NCBI GenBank assembly: GCA_964016885.1
Contig: OZ024743.1
Span: 275,714,001-275,778,000 of the forward strand
DNA length: 64,000 nt
Reading direction: 5' to 3'
Source of the DNA: Eledone cirrhosa
Taxonomy: Eukaryota
The notes beneath the pieces were generated by a model. That model did no database searches, was not told where the DNA came from, and was given only the letters and a program-made list of their open reading frames with translations. Both the position numbers and the translations under genes were made by a program. Of the stretch, positions 35,131-50,400 are shown piece after piece; position 1 is the stretch's first letter; each line of letters opens with the position of its first letter.

Positions 35131-38100
35131 TGATAATTCATCACACTTACATCTTAAAGAAAAGCTATTTGGACTATTAAATTAATTAATTGACATAGTC
35201 TAAATTATTTTTAAGGATACATCATTTTTCCTTCTGACATAAAAAGGTGGATGACAATGAACAGTTTTCACACCACACAAACATAGATAGATATTAAAAC
35301 AACTGAAAACAGTAAAATATACACAAAAACGAAAAAAAAAAAAAAAAAAAAAAAAAAGATTGGGGTTGGCAGGTAGTAAAAAAAAATGCAAATAAAAAAT
35401 GCAAAAAAAAAAAGCAACAACCGAAAAAATAAAAATAAACAAAACATTGAAATGAATTCTCCCCATTCCACATCTCAAAAGTGATGAAAGTAGCAAGTCA
35501 GAAACAGCAATGGATCAGGAAAATAATAAACCTAATAGATATAAGATAGAATATTGGACAATGATAAAAGGTATTGCTTTGTGTGAAGAAGCTTCAAAGA
35601 CAAATGATGTGCGAAGAAGGTGTGGAGGGTTTTTTGTTTTGTTTCATGTTTTTTTTTTAAGCTGGTGTCTTCTTCTTCTTAATTATTTAAATAGTTCTTT
35701 CTCTCTCCACAATTCTTTCTGCCATTTTCAGAAAATAAATAAAAATAAATAAATAAAAACACCAGTTTTTTTTTTTACTAGTAAAGAAAAAAGAAAGAAA
35801 GAAAGAAAGAAAGAAAAGGCGATCATTATCGTTAACAGCAACATTAAACAATTCTTCATGGGGAAGGGGTGTTGGCTTTTCCTTTTATAAAGACTATATA
35901 TAGAAAGAGATTACTTTGGAAGTTTAGTTATTTCTGTTGTTGTTGTAATGGTTTCTGATTTAGGCACAAGGCCAACAATTTTGGGGGAGAGAAAAGTCGA
36001 TTTCGACCCCAGTGTGTTATTGGTACTTGATTTTATTGACCTTTTAAGGATGAAAGGCAAAGTTGACCTCAGCAGGATTTGAACTCAGAATGTAAAAACA
36101 CTCAGTGGAAAATACTGCAAAGCATTTTGTTTGATGCCTTACTGATTCTACCAATCCATCACCCTTGACGATAATAATAATAATAGACATGAACCTTTAA
36201 GAAGGGCTTTGCCCCAACAATACAACACAAGCACCTTCAGTTGTATTTGAACTTCCAACCTAAGGACCATAGCAGCAGAAGTTCCAATACCTTATCCACT
36301 TCCAACATTGCATTTTTTAAAAATATTAATATTAATAATAATAATAACAACAACAGAGGATGAGGATGGGTGTAGTAAGAGGTAATGAATCTATGAGTAA
36401 GCTCAGGAAAAGAAATCTTGTCAAACAACAAGGAGCTGTCATGGAAGATGTTATATTAGAATAATACAAGGGATGAGATGTCTATATAAACAGAACCAGC
36501 TGAAAAAGAAAAGCTTGTTAGGCTTGTGTGTGTGTGTGTTTTCTATAGTGAGGGCTTAATTTGCGTTTGTGTGTGTGCGTGTGTATGTGTGGGACACAGC
36601 ATCTTCCATGGGCGGCTTGATATATTTATTCATTTATCATTATTATTGTCCAGTGAAGAATATACCTATTGGCTTAGAACAAATTCTCTAAGTACTAAGA
36701 TGGCTTTTTCTTTTGAATTATGTCCCTACCCCCTTCTTTTCTCATCTCCCTACTCCCTGCATGTTTCTGAAAGGGATACCTCTCCCTCTCACCCTTTTTT
36801 TCTTGCCAGTACTAATGAAAACTAATTTAGTAATAAATTACAGAATTCTTAGTGGAGACAGGAATGATTGGAAGAAGACAAACAACAAGTACAACAGCAC
36901 CAATAACGACAACAAGAAAACTATGAACTGAAGCTAGTAATTGAAGCAGACAATATATGGCTAATATATAGGTTTTCTATGTTAATATTTTAAATTAAGT
37001 CAATGATTTATCTCCTTATCTCAGGTTAGCTTGAGAGAGAGAATTAAGTGAAGAATGGAGAGAGAGAGATAAAAGATAAGAAAAAAATAGAAGAAATTAA
37101 CCAAAAGGATTTTCTTTGTTAATTTTAAAAAGTGAGACATATTATTAAGGAGAGATTTAACTAAGTTTAGAAATAGATCTTTAAAAAAACAAATATAATT
37201 TATGAGAAAGGAATTTCAATGAAAAATATTACTTGAACACTTTTGATACCAAACTACCTGAAATCGCTTTTGCTTTTACAATACAAAGTACTTTATTTAG
37301 AAGTGATTATACTTATCTTCCATTATAATTTTATGTAAGAACCTTTCTTAAGCTATGCTCCAAACAATAACTTAATGAGAAACTTAGTTATATTACAAAA
37401 TCACTAAAAAATGTTGATTAATTTTTAGAATAATTTAAAAATCATGGGCAATAAATATCTTTCATTAGAAATTTTAATGAAAAGTTTAACCTCCAATGTT
37501 CCTTAAAATTCCAGTTTTCGTTGAGTTAGAATGTTATACCAGGCTTTGGAAGTTACTGAAGGGATGGAGTGACACAAGACATCTCAAAAGTTATAAGATA
37601 TTCAACACAAAGAAAAGTGTTATTTAATTAACTGACATAAGATTGTAGGGATATATAGCTATTTCTATGTTGTCTACTACAAATAAAAACCAGTTCTTTC
37701 TTAACAAATATGACAAACTGTCTCTTTTAAACCATAATATTTTAGCAGAATTGAGAGTATTCTGTAGATTATTATCATTATTATCATTAAATAATACATG
37801 TCACCGGAGTCACTATGTACAGCAGCATAGATAAATGTCTCTTAAGTTACCATATATACACATAAATATATGTATATATATATATGTAAATATATATACA
37901 TTCATATACATAATACTCACACACACACACATATATATCATCATCATCATTATCGTTTAACGTCCATCTTCCATGCTAGCATGGGTTAGACAGGAGTTGT
38001 CCCAATTTGAAGCAAGGTTGGTCGGGTGACGATGTCTCGCTCATATAGGACTATCTGGCAGGTTTTCTACGGCTGGATGCCCTTCCTAACACCAACCACA

Positions 38101-38715
38101 TATACATAAATAAATATATATATGTCTGGAAATGAATAACCTATTCATTGAATTAGCTTGCAAAGTGGATGAGTATTCCAAAGGCACATATACATACCTT
38201 TAATGTAATTCTCCAGTAGAATAATTATGATGTAGTCAATTACAGCTACAATCTGCCTAACAGTTTCTGTCTAGGCAATTTTCACACCAAAGCCTTGGGT
38301 CAATCAGTAAAAGACACTTGTGCAAGACACCATGCACTGTGACTAGACTTGAAAACTTCTTAGCTATTCAGCCATATTGTGTGTGTGTGTATATATATAT
38401 ATATGTATACACACATACATGTTCTCCAAAATGGCTGATTGAATACACAAGGTTTTTCTAAAAAATCTTTTTTTCATTCTTTTCTCTTCTCACTCTATTT
38501 CATCTTTTATTTCTCATTCCATCTTTTGATGAAGGACTAGTGTCCAAAACATAGACTTTTTCCCTCTATATCAAGCATTAGACTAATATATTTCTTCATA
38601 GTACTGTGCTGTTTGCTTTGTTATTTCTGTTTATGTTTTGCATATATATAATATACATGATTTCTTATGAATGAAACAGTTTTAGTCCCATAGAAGTCAT
38701 TTCTATAATAACATA

Positions 38716-38752
<37 letters not shown>

Positions 38753-40626
38753 GCTTTTACAAAGATACTGAGCAAGTTTGAAAATCTATTTGCTTTTTTG
38801 AAAAACTGCTACAATACATATTAACTATATAGTAGTTGAATAAGCCAAGTAATTTACCCCTTTCTTCCATGTCTAATGGGAATTTACCTGAGTTATTAGA
38901 CTATTTTGTAGTTAACATGTAGCAGCTTTCTGTAACCAAAGCACATAGATTTTCAAATATATATACATACATATATATATAGACTACTACTGGTACCACG
39001 TAAACCAGTACAACATGCTTCATGGTCGAGTGGTTGGTGACTTAACCAGCTCCCTCACCAGACCTTAGTTTGGTGAGGGTGCTTAGTGAAACCCCAGAAG
39101 CACAAAAACAAGAACTGTTAAAAAGGCAAATAAACTCCTCATCCACCCCCAACTATGGGTTAAATAGCTTCACCAATACGCAATTAGCTAAGTGTGGGGA
39201 GTAGAGCAACACATCTGACATGACTGAAACCAAACAGAAAGTGGTATAGGCCTATCAGGGACAAATTCTTCCAACATGAGTGAGAAGACCCTGGATTAGA
39301 TTGGATTGGATAGACTATGCAACACCTGCAACCTCTCTTTCTCTTCCTTTATCCCTTGCTCCCTTTCTTGTCTCTTTTTAACTATTCCTCTCCCCTTTAC
39401 TTTCTCCACCTCATACCATCTGTTTCATTCTGCTGTTAACCTCCTCACTATCCATTATATGATGCTGTCTGATCTCAGGATTAACATCCAAATTAATTAA
39501 TTAATTTGTTTCTCTTGGCTAAGTTGTTTTGCACACTGTCCTTTTTATCACTTTTCATTTTCAGTTAGAAGCACTCTGGTTTGTAGTAGGCTGTTTCATT
39601 TTTATTCGTGTAATTTGTTGAAAAGACACACAAAGTCCTATCATCATCATTTTATGCCTGCTTTTCCCTGCTTGCAAGGGTTGGACGGGTCCTATTCAGC
39701 ACAGCATCTCTCCACTTGCCACGGTCCTTCGTCATCTCCTCTGTGAGTTTCAGCGATCTGAGGTCTGCTCTCACGATATTACTATATTACTGTATTTTGT
39801 CCTATTGCAATCCCGTGTATGCTGGAGGGAAGGTACCAACTTTAAAGTATTGAAACCATAGTGATCTCCAAGAGTTGGCTGATGAGAAGAGATATGACTG
39901 TGTCTATCTGTTATCTTTGTCACGTGTGCCCAGAATGGAACAAAAATGGGCATCATGTATGGATTCCCATACATACTGATGTCCATTTTTTTCCATTCTG
40001 GGATCTTATACACCCTGTTATTATTAGACTATTTTCTGTAGTAAAAAATATGGTGAAAGTTACTAATTCAATTCAATTCAATTATATATATATATATTAT
40101 TCATTTATGTTCATACTCGAAACAAAAGTAGTACCCACAGTTTCAAGGCCAGATTTTGACCATATCCCCAAATTGTAAGAGGGATCAAATTTGTGACCTA
40201 GTCTTCAGGCACTTGGACGAGTTTGAAGATACTCTTAAAAATATAGCAAATAAGAAGCAGCCTATAACAAAAATTCCAGAGAAACTAGTAAGGTCTACAG
40301 TTAAGTAGACATAGTGAGATGAAGGACCGAAAAAACTGTTAAGCTATGAGAAATTAATTAATTAATTAGGAAGAGAGGGAAAGCAACAGGACAATGAAGC
40401 CTCCAGAGTGGTAAATATTAAAATAAATAGCCCTGCAACTTGTTCTTTAGTGATAATATTTTCCACCCTTTCTCAAGAAGGTTTTTATCCCTACCCTTAT
40501 CTTATAAGCATTAATATAATATGAAAAAAAAACATGCTACAAGGCTACAAGAGAGAAAAGATGGGAGAGGAAAAAAATAAAAAGCCATCAGATTCAGCAA
40601 GTATGTCTAATTTTTTAGTTTGACTG

Positions 40627-40674
<48 letters not shown>

Positions 40675-40799
40675 GAAGTCTTAAAAGACGTTTTTTGGTA
40701 ATGTGAAGACCATGGAAGAGATCTTCTTATGATCTAACTTTTAATGTAAAAGTGTTAAAACAACATCCATTCATCTGTTCCTATTTTCCCGGCTCTCCC

Positions 40800-42099
40800 C
40801 ACCCCTAAAAGTGTATTTTTTTCTTTTTAATTTATTTAATTATTCAATTACTAATATTTATGCATTTATTATTTTTTTTATTCATTCATATATTCATCTT
40901 TTTTTTGGTTTTGTTTTCATTTTCTTTTCAGTTGCAACCAAACAACTCAAACATAATTATGGACAGAGCATTGTTGTAATAGTTATAGCAGTAATTCCTC
41001 CTGTCATATGTCTTTTGAAGGTTCTGAGACAGGGCAGTGGGAAGGGGTCAACAGGGAAGGGGGGGGGGGGGGGGTTCTTACCCCTTTAAAAAAAAAGTGA
41101 TGGAGGACAAGGTGTTGTTGGTGATGAATGAGAAAAAAAAAGTAGTCGGTGGGAAGGGGTCGAAGTCATGTCATTGGAGGGGGGAGCAAAGGGTGGCTGG
41201 GATGGTGGTGGTGTGAAGGGATGGGAACCTAGGTAGGTCCAAGTGATGAATGAGAATAGAATGATGGGAAGAAGCTGGTAACCATGGAGATATGAGGCAG
41301 ATGATGCAGTTTAGAATAAGGTCAACAACAAAAAAAAAAAAATACCCTCCCTCCCACCCTAGTGAGTACTAAAAACATCACAAAATAGTGACAGCACTAT
41401 CTCATGCAGTATATTTACAATGATCAGAGAATTGTATTGTTATCACTTTTTTCAAAAAAAAAAAAAAAAAAAAATGTATATTTTGTGAGTTGTCGATATT
41501 GTTAAAATTAACCCACCCCCTGCCCACAAGGTATTTTTCATAATTATATGGTTTCATTTGTGTTTTTGTTGTTGTTACTCTTAAAATAATTATAACCAAA
41601 GAAAGTATTTATTGTCAATGGTTTTTTGTGGTGTTTTTTTTCTTTTGTTGGTTGGTGTTTTTTTTAACTGTTTATTTTTAAAGTGTCTTTCTTAAATGGA
41701 AAGAAAAAAAATTTAATTAAAAAAAAAAAACAAGGATGGACTCGGTTTTTTTTCTTCTTTCACTTCAATATTGTCTTCGTTTTTTTTTACTTTCATTCCT
41801 TTTCTTTTTTTTTAAAGTATATTTTTGTTAAACATAGGCTCCCAACTTTTCTTCTTCATCATCTTCATCTTACTCCTCTATTTCATTATTATTATTTTTT
41901 TTCAAGTATAGAGGAAAAAGAGAAGAGAAAAGCAAAGAGAGAAAATACACACACATGGTGAATGAAATTGTCACAAGATTTTTTTGTGATGGCAATGTTT
42001 ATATTATACAAAAATATCAAAGCTTGTTCTTTTTCCCCCTTCTCTTTTTCTCCCCCCCCCCCTACTTTTTACTAATATTTTTTTTGTTTCTTTTTTATT

Positions 42100-42130
<31 letters not shown>

Positions 42131-42738
42131 ATCTCCAAATTAAAGATCAGAGGAAGTGCCATCAGTGAAAGAAGCTGTGAGCTGTACGACGGAGTTGCAT
42201 GGCGAGTTTAGTAATAATGTTTTTTGTTGTTTTTTTTTTAAAGGGATGTGGGGGGGCCCTTTTCCTCTCAGTTTCACTTGTCTTTTTATGCATTTATTTA
42301 TTATTATTTTTTTTCAAATTTTGGGTGACCCTGCGATTTATTTAGTTTTAAATTCTTTCATAATCTCTCATCCCCCCCTTGTCCTGCTCCCGCGAATTCT
42401 GTCAGTTGTTTTTTTATATTAATATATTTTCCATGTTTTTTGGTTTGTTCTATTTTCAAAACCTTTTTTTTCTTTTCTTGTTGGACAAATATCGAACCAA
42501 ATTCTTTGACTGCTGACCCCTGAGCAGTATTCAGATTCCTCCCCCTGCCCTCCCCTATGCATAAGCCTAGCTTAAACAGACTTCAGTGGAGCCCCCATCA
42601 CCTTCCTGTGCGGCTCAACTATTCATTCTTCAATCTAAATTGTTTAAGCTTTTAGATTTATGCTTTGGTATATTTCTTTTTTTTTTTTTCAAGATACATT
42701 CATTCATATACACACAGAAGCATGCATACATGTGCATG

Positions 42739-42809
<71 letters not shown>

Positions 42810-43843
42810 TACACTTATATACATACACATATATATATACATACATATATATACACATATACATATACATACATACATATATATACATACGTACATATAT
42901 ATATATACACACATATACATATATATATACACACATATACGTACATATATATATACACACATATACATATATATATATACACACATATACGTACTTATAT
43001 ATATATACACATATACATATATATATATATATACACACATATATGTACATATATATATATATATGCATACATATATATATACATGCATATATATATATAC
43101 ACACATATGCAAACATATATATACATACATATATATATACACACATATGCAAACATATATATACATACATATATATATATATATACAATATACATACATA
43201 TATATATATACATACATATATATACGCATACATATATATATACATACACACACATGTATATAAATAAAATTTACATTATATATATATATATATGCATAAT
43301 GGGTGGGTGTGTGTGTGCATGCATATATATTATACTCACAGACACACGCACATACATATATGCATACATCATTAGACACTTCAACTACAGATCATACATA
43401 CACCCAGACTTGAATCAAGCACATACATAGTTGTATGTGAAAATATGTATGAGTTTACATATATTCTCATGTATACACAGATACACACACTAAACACAAA
43501 CATATACACACAAGAACACATGATTACATATGTATATGTGACTATGTATATATGCACCTGAGTGTGTGCATCCATTTACACAAACATGTAGCACATACAT
43601 ATATACATGTATATAATATATATGTCTGTATGTTTGTGTATATATATATACACACACACACACATATATATATATATTCACACATACATGTGTCATCTTG
43701 ATTTTCTTTGTCTGGTTATTTTGGTAAATCCTTTTTATGTCCTTATCTATTTCATATCCCTCCGCCAGCAACATGGCAGGGGGTATAGTGAAATATTATG
43801 CTACCTGTAATCGATGGTTTTGGAATTGGAAATGTGGCTTTTC
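40800..43843 (-). other. Probable TCF 3' UTR (distal end undetermined)
   Basis: Immediately follows the stop codon. Largely TE-free, with U/A-rich tracts and AATAAA-like signals on the minus strand; the poly(A) site cannot be located from sequence alone. Confidence 0.45.
42740..43700. repeat. Long compound (TA)n/(CA)n/(TACA)n microsatellite
   Basis: Directly visible; source of the spurious Y/I/H/T-rich ORFs. Confidence 0.95.
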
Positions 43844-44138
43844 CTAGGTATTTGGTGAAGAGCAGGAACGAGGCACTGGTGGCGGAGAATGAGCAGAGTC
43901 TGTGGATTCAATCTTAATACTTTGAATGAATTTCTGTTGCTGCTGATCTTTTATGTGTTCGCTGTGAGGTGACAGGGTAGGGCTCTCTAAATTACAGTCA
44001 CTTTCATTCATAGAATCTGCTGTTGTTGTCATTGTGGTGATGCCATCACTCATAACATCATCATTGCCATCCTCCCCATCAGTGTTGCTGGCTGTTCCAT
44101 CTTCACCAGTCAGGAATCTAATACACTTCTTCTTTCGT
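43844..44138 (-). CDS. TCF: TCF/LEF (pangolin) last coding exon: end of the C-clamp plus acidic/Ser-rich C-terminal tail
   Basis: Acceptor ttttctttgttacag at 44139-44140, phase 2. Translates (R)RKKKCIRFLTGEDGTASNTDGEDGNDDVMSDG...SCSSPNT*, matching the TCF E-tail motif RRKKKC(V/I)R(Y/F). Joins in frame to the 73-nt C-clamp exon. Confidence 0.93.
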
Positions 44139-45924
44139 CTGTAACAAAGAAAATATATGTTAAGACTAAAAATGATGGCACAAAAAAAACAACAATGACA
44201 ACAAGATTAGCTATGTAAAAAAAAAATTTTTTTAGAAGCACTGAGCAAGGTACAAACCTACAAAAATTAAGACAACTTAATATCATGCAATATATGTATG
44301 AATACATAATTCCTGGTGGAGTCTGGGGGTGCTTCTTAGGCATTTTAAACCTGGTAGATTCCATCCCTTTCCAGGCTTGAACACAACCAATTTCTTTCAG
44401 AGAAGGAGTGATAAAGAGATATAGAGGAAGAATCTACCCCAGTTCTGGAATGGTATTTCATTTACCGACCTTGAAAGGATGAAAGGCCAAATTGACCATG
44501 GCAGGATTTGAACTCATGAGTGCAGACAGCCTGAATGAATACCTATTATTAGCTATAGAGCTGCACAAATGTTTTCATTCACAGTTAAATAAAACCATGA
44601 GTATAAAACTGAACATATTTAAGAAAAGAGAAATACAAAAAATTCAAAAATCCACATTTTCCCCTAAAAGGTATTTAACTCTTTCATTTCCATATTTCTG
44701 ATGAAATACACTGGTTATGGTTTTCAATAAATTTTTTAAATAATCAAAATTTTAGAAAGATTTCGTAAAAATAACTAATATTCTTGTTATAAAGCTGTTT
44801 TAGAATATAACTTACATGGAAGGTTTAAATTTAAACAGGAACAATTTAAAGGACATAGTTATCCATTAAAGACAGTTTTAGGTGGGTTAATATAAAAAAA
44901 GAGTTAATGATTAAATGAAATAGAAATAGTTGCAACTGAGGGTGAAGTGTATTTAGTCTAAGGAGACCTTAGTGTTATACAATGCCAGCTATTAAAATAA
45001 TGGTGATGATGCTTATGTTAACATCATTCAACAATAGATGAGTTTTCTTAAAACCTAATCTAATGTTTTCCATAGCTGTTTGAATAAAAAAAATGGTTAC
45101 AATTTTTATTGATGTGTCAAAATAATAATGAAGTCCCTTAAAAAATGATATACAAGTAAATAAATACAAGAAAAAAGAAAAAGAAAAAAAAAGAATTAAA
45201 TGAGCCATCAATATTAAACGGCAGGGAAAGTAAAGTATGGGAGGTAACTCTGCAAATCGTAATTCACATACGTATAATAAACTTATTTACTGATGTTAAT
45301 TTTAGTGAACACTAAATGAAAATGTTGATTTAACTTAAATGAGATACTAAAATACATTAAGTGCAACCCTCCACCACTATTACAACTGCTGTTTCAATAA
45401 ATATTTTAGATATTATATACAATCCTAAACATAGGCATAGGCCTATAATTTTATTGGTTGAGGCCTCTATTTTCCCCAGATCAAGGCAAAGGAAGGGGCC
45501 CTTTTTAAAAAAAAATATATATTCATCTATCTAGATTTAGTTATGTTCTATAACTCATACAAAATTCATAATGTATTTAGCACTGATTACTAAAATATTT
45601 AACTTTTTTTTAATTTACAAAACCCTCTAAAATGCCCCAAGTTCTGTGATATAAAATTGTTTATTTTAAAGTCTTTATTATCTAAAAACATTCCACCATA
45701 GTTTTATGCAAGAATTTTGTAGTTATATTTCAAATATTATCTTAATGAGTTCAAATCCCGCCGAGGTTAACTTTGCCTTTCATCCTTACGGGGTCGATAA
45801 AATAAAGTACCAGTAATACACTGGGTATTTGCTGGCCTTGTGCCTAACGTAGAAACAATTATCTTAATATAGAGAAATTTATAGGCGGTGTGTTTTAGTA
45901 AAAGTATTATAATGAAAAGAATAA

Positions 45925-47485
45925 TGTCTGGTCTGGCCTGGAACTATTACCAGCTTTTGGGTGCCTACATTTTACATCTAGGTTGGAACTATTACTATCC
46001 CCGGGGGTGGGGTTACATTTTACATCTTACTTGGAATTATTACCAACTTTTGGGTGTCTACATTTTTACATCTGACCTGGGGCTATTACTAGCTTTTGTA
46101 TATCTACATTTTACATCTTGCATGGAACTATTACTAGCTTTAAGGTACCTACATTTTACATCTGGCATGGGTCTATTACTAGCTTTAAGGTGCCTACATT
46201 TTACATCTGGCCAGGAACTATTACTAGCTTTAAGGTGCTTACATTTTACATCTGGCATGGGTCTATTACTAGCTTTAAGATGCCTACATTTTACATCTGG
46301 CATGGGTCTATTACTAGCTTTAAGGTGCCTATATTTTACATCTGGCATGGGTCTATTACTAGCTTTAAGGTGCCTATATTTTACATCTAACCGAGAACTA
46401 TTACTAGCTTTAAGGTGCCTACATTTTACATCTAGCATGGGTCTATTACTAGCTTTAAGGTACCTACATTTTACATCTGGCCGGGAACTATTACTAGCTT
46501 TAAGGTGCCTACATTTTACATCTGGCCGGGAACTATTACTAGCTTTAAGGTGCCTTCATTTTACATCTGGCATGGGTCTATTACTAGCTTTAAGATGCCT
46601 ACATTTTACATCTGGCATGGGTCTATTACTAGCTTTAAGGTGCCTACATTTTACATCTGGCCAGAAACTATTACTAGCTTTAAGGTGCTTAAATTTTACA
46701 TCTGGCATGGGTCTATTACTAGCTTTAAGATGCCTACATTTTACATCTGGCATGGGTCTATTACTAGCTTTAAGGTGCCTACATTTTACATCTGGCCGGG
46801 AACTATTACTAGCTTTAAGGTGCCTACATTTTACATCTGGCATGGGTCTATTACTAGCTTTAAGGTACCTACATTTTACATCTGACCGGGAACTATTACT
46901 AGCTTTAAGGTGCCTAGATTTTACATCTGGCATGGGTCTATTACTAGCTTTAAGATGCCTACATTTTACATCTGGCCGGGAACTATTACTAGCTTTAAGA
47001 TGCCTACATTTTACATCTGGCATGGGTCTATTACTAGCTTTAAGGTGCCTACATTTTACATCTGGCCGGGAACTATTACTAGCTTTAAGGTGCCTACATT
47101 TTACATCTGGCATGGGTCTATTACTAGCTTTAAGTACCTAGATTTTACATCTGGCATGGGTCTATTACTAGCTTTAAGTACCTAGATTTTACATCTGGCA
47201 TGGGTCTATTACTAGCTTTAAGTACCTAGATTTTACATCTGGCATGGGTCTATTACTAGCTTTAAGGTACCTACATTTTACATCAGGCCGGGAACTATTA
47301 CTAACTTTAAGGTACCTACATTTTACATCTAGCATGGGTCTATTACTAGCTTTAAGGTGCCTACATTTTACATCTGGCCGGGAACTATTACTAGCTTTAA
47401 GGTACCTATTTTTTACATCTGGCCTGGAAGTATTACTAGCTTTAAGGTGCCTACATTTTACATCTGGCCTGGGTCTATTAACAGT
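45925..47485. repeat. 45-bp minisatellite (~35 units) in the TCF intron
   Basis: Unit ctattactagctttaaggtgcctacattttacatctgg(catgggt|ccgggaa); edge units are diverged. Confidence 0.95.
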
Positions 47486-50400
47486 TTTGCATAGGTCTGA
47501 TTGTATACAGTAGTAATTTGGCAGGAATTTAATTAATCAAATAATCAATTCACAAAATGTATCATTCCAGGATGTTAGAATATGTAACAAAATTAAATGT
47601 AATTTCTTTTAATAATTTTCTCGGTTTGGAAGAAGGAGGAGACATTTATCTAATTCAAAATATTCTAAACTTTTGTTTTTATTTAATATGAAATAGTTTC
47701 TTTTTAGTTAAGATTTTGACGATTGAATTTGCTTTTAAAAAACAGCAAAATTGAAAATTTAATTGTGATATTTCCTATTAAGAAAGTATTTTTGTTGCCA
47801 CCCCTCTCTCCTAATAGCATTAGAGTAGCCTCTGGTTAATCAGAATGTAGAATTCATTTCTAATGGTTTGGAATTATAATTTTATTATTTTATAAAATAA
47901 GACATTTCAAAATTTATTTCTGACTTAAATAAAGTTACTTTAATCTTGAACTCCCCATCACCACCACTACTGGTTTTATGATATAAAACTATTTGTTTTA
48001 AAGTGTCTATATTTATCTAAAACCCTTCCATCAAAATTTTATGTAAGAATCTTTTAACCCTTTAGCATTTACATTACTCTATATATACTATGGTATTTTG
48101 TGGTAAATCTTACATAATTATTTCATATAGTATCAAATCTATGAAATGTTGATGTTATTTATTTTGAGAACAATACCTTAACATCAGTATGAGTGGCCAG
48201 TTATGGCTGGTTTGAAGAGAAAGAGGTGGGAGAATTCTGGCCAGATATGGTTGGTTTAAATGTTAACGGCTTAAGCTGTTCTCCAAACATCAGTCTAATA
48301 ATTGTTTCTACATTTGGCACAAGGCCAGCAATTACCCAGTGCATTACTGGTACTTTATTTTATCGACCCTGTAAGGATGAAAGGCAAAGTTAACCTCGGC
48401 TATAACTTAAGCATAAGGCCAGCAATTTGTGGAGAGACAAAAGTTAATTAAATTGACCCCAGTATGTGACTGATACTTTATTTTATTAACCCCAGCAGGA
48501 TTTTAACTCAAAATGGAAGAGCTGGTCAAATACTGCTACACATTTATTCAATGCTCTAAATATTCTACAATCCCCACCCTCAGCAGCCTAATAATGGTTT
48601 CTGATTTAGGCATAAGGCCAATAATTTTGGGAAAGAGGAAAGTCAATTAAATCAACGTCAGTGTGTTACTGGTATTTTATTTTTTTGACCCCATAAGGAT
48701 AATCTTGGTGGGATTTGAAATCAGAACATAAAGGGATGTAACTATATGTCGAAAACATATCCGACGCTCTGCCGATACCGTCAATCACCAGCCTAATAAT
48801 GAGGAAGTTAGTTATATTACTAAATCCCTTCAAACTTTTGATGATTTTCAAAATTCTTTAAAAATATGGTAATGAAAGGATTAAGCACATCGACCCTAAT
48901 CTTTTTGTGAAGTTGTAAGATGTCATTGATAACTAATTCTAATTAACATTTTATCAAATGACTAGTAGAATTCTTAATCTCTAACAAGTTTACAGCTGTC
49001 AGTTGTAATCATATATGACTTGGTAGAATTTACCATGCTTTCACTAAGGGTTTTGGATGCCCATAGCAGTTGCAACCAGACACAGACACCTTCTCGGCCA
49101 TTTCTTCTTTTGATTCAGTGGAACATCCAGGATGAAACAATTAGGAGAAAATGCTGCACCAGCACTGGGTTAGTACTTTCTTTATCTATCTATTGCCCTG
49201 TAACTCCTGATGGAGTCATAGAGGCAGCGTATTGACATACAGCATTGCTAGGGCAAATTTAAAACTTGGTGGCCTCCCGTCTCCTCTCCAGGTCTGAATA
49301 CAGATTTCTCCCAGAGAAGGTTAAAGAGTGAAAGAATGGAAAGAGATAGAGAGGAAGAATCAACCTCAGTACCAGACTGGTATTTGTTATCAATCTTAAA
49401 TGGATGAAAGGTAAAATTGACCTCAACGGGATTTGAACTTGGAGAGTAGAGAGTTGGAATGAATACTACAAAGCATTCTATCAGTTGTTCTAACAACTGT
49501 TGATTGATCAGCTCACAACACTCTCAATAATATATAAATGTTGATTGATCAGCTCACAATACTATCAATGATATACAAATGTTGATTGATCAGCTGACAA
49601 CAATATCAATCAAATAGTTTACAAGTTACCATAGAAACAAGCTATGCCATAGTCTTCACTAAAGAAGACAAATGACAATTATAACTGAAAGAATTGTAAT
49701 TTACTGTAATAATTAGAATTATGTTAACAATGAGTTTACATATATGATCCATGCTAGCTGGAAAATGGACGTTAACCAATGATGATGATGATATCTTTAT
49801 TAAAAAATAACTTGATACTAAAACAATATCACAATTTTTCTTTGATGTCTAGCTAATGAGATAAATGATAAATATTAAGAGGTAAACTGACTGACTTCAC
49901 AAGTTCAGACACATTAACCTTTTTGATACCAAACTACATGGAACTGATTCTAGGCCTATGACAGAGAATTGATTTATCTATGACAAATTTCTATTCTATA
50001 ACCAGATACCCTTCCTGATGCCAACCCGTATTTTTCAGTATGGTAGAGATTCACTGACTTAACCCTTTAAACTGGCCATATCTGGCCAGATTTCTCACTT
50101 CTTTCTGTTCAAACTGGCCATAACCAGTTTTGCTCATACTTATGTTAAGGTATTGTCCTCAAAATGAACAATATCAAAATCTCATAGATTAAATATTATG
50201 TGAGATAAAGTAGTTACTGTGAAAATACAATAGTAAATACAGAGTAATGTAAATGCTAAAGACATACACAAACACACATATATGTACCAAAATCACACAC
50301 ACAAAGCATTGTTTGGCATGAGGTTATATCAGGAGACATTTGCCAAGGTACCACACTTGGGCTGAACTTGGTACTACAAACTTTAGAAGCGAACTTCTAA

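Noticed and set aside
38520-38560. TTGATGA-aggac-tagt-gtcc-AAAAC hammerhead-like relic
   Set aside because: G12 is lost, C3 is changed and stems I/III are absent; counted only as a dead relic.
42586-43430. Several 180-256-aa Y/I/H/T-rich ORFs
   Set aside because: Microsatellite translations on both strands.
45888-47141. 417-aa repeat protein or CRISPR-like array
   Set aside because: A 45-bp unit is a multiple of 3, so it opens frames on both strands. The variable part has only two states rather than unique spacers, there are no cas genes, and the context is a eukaryotic intron.
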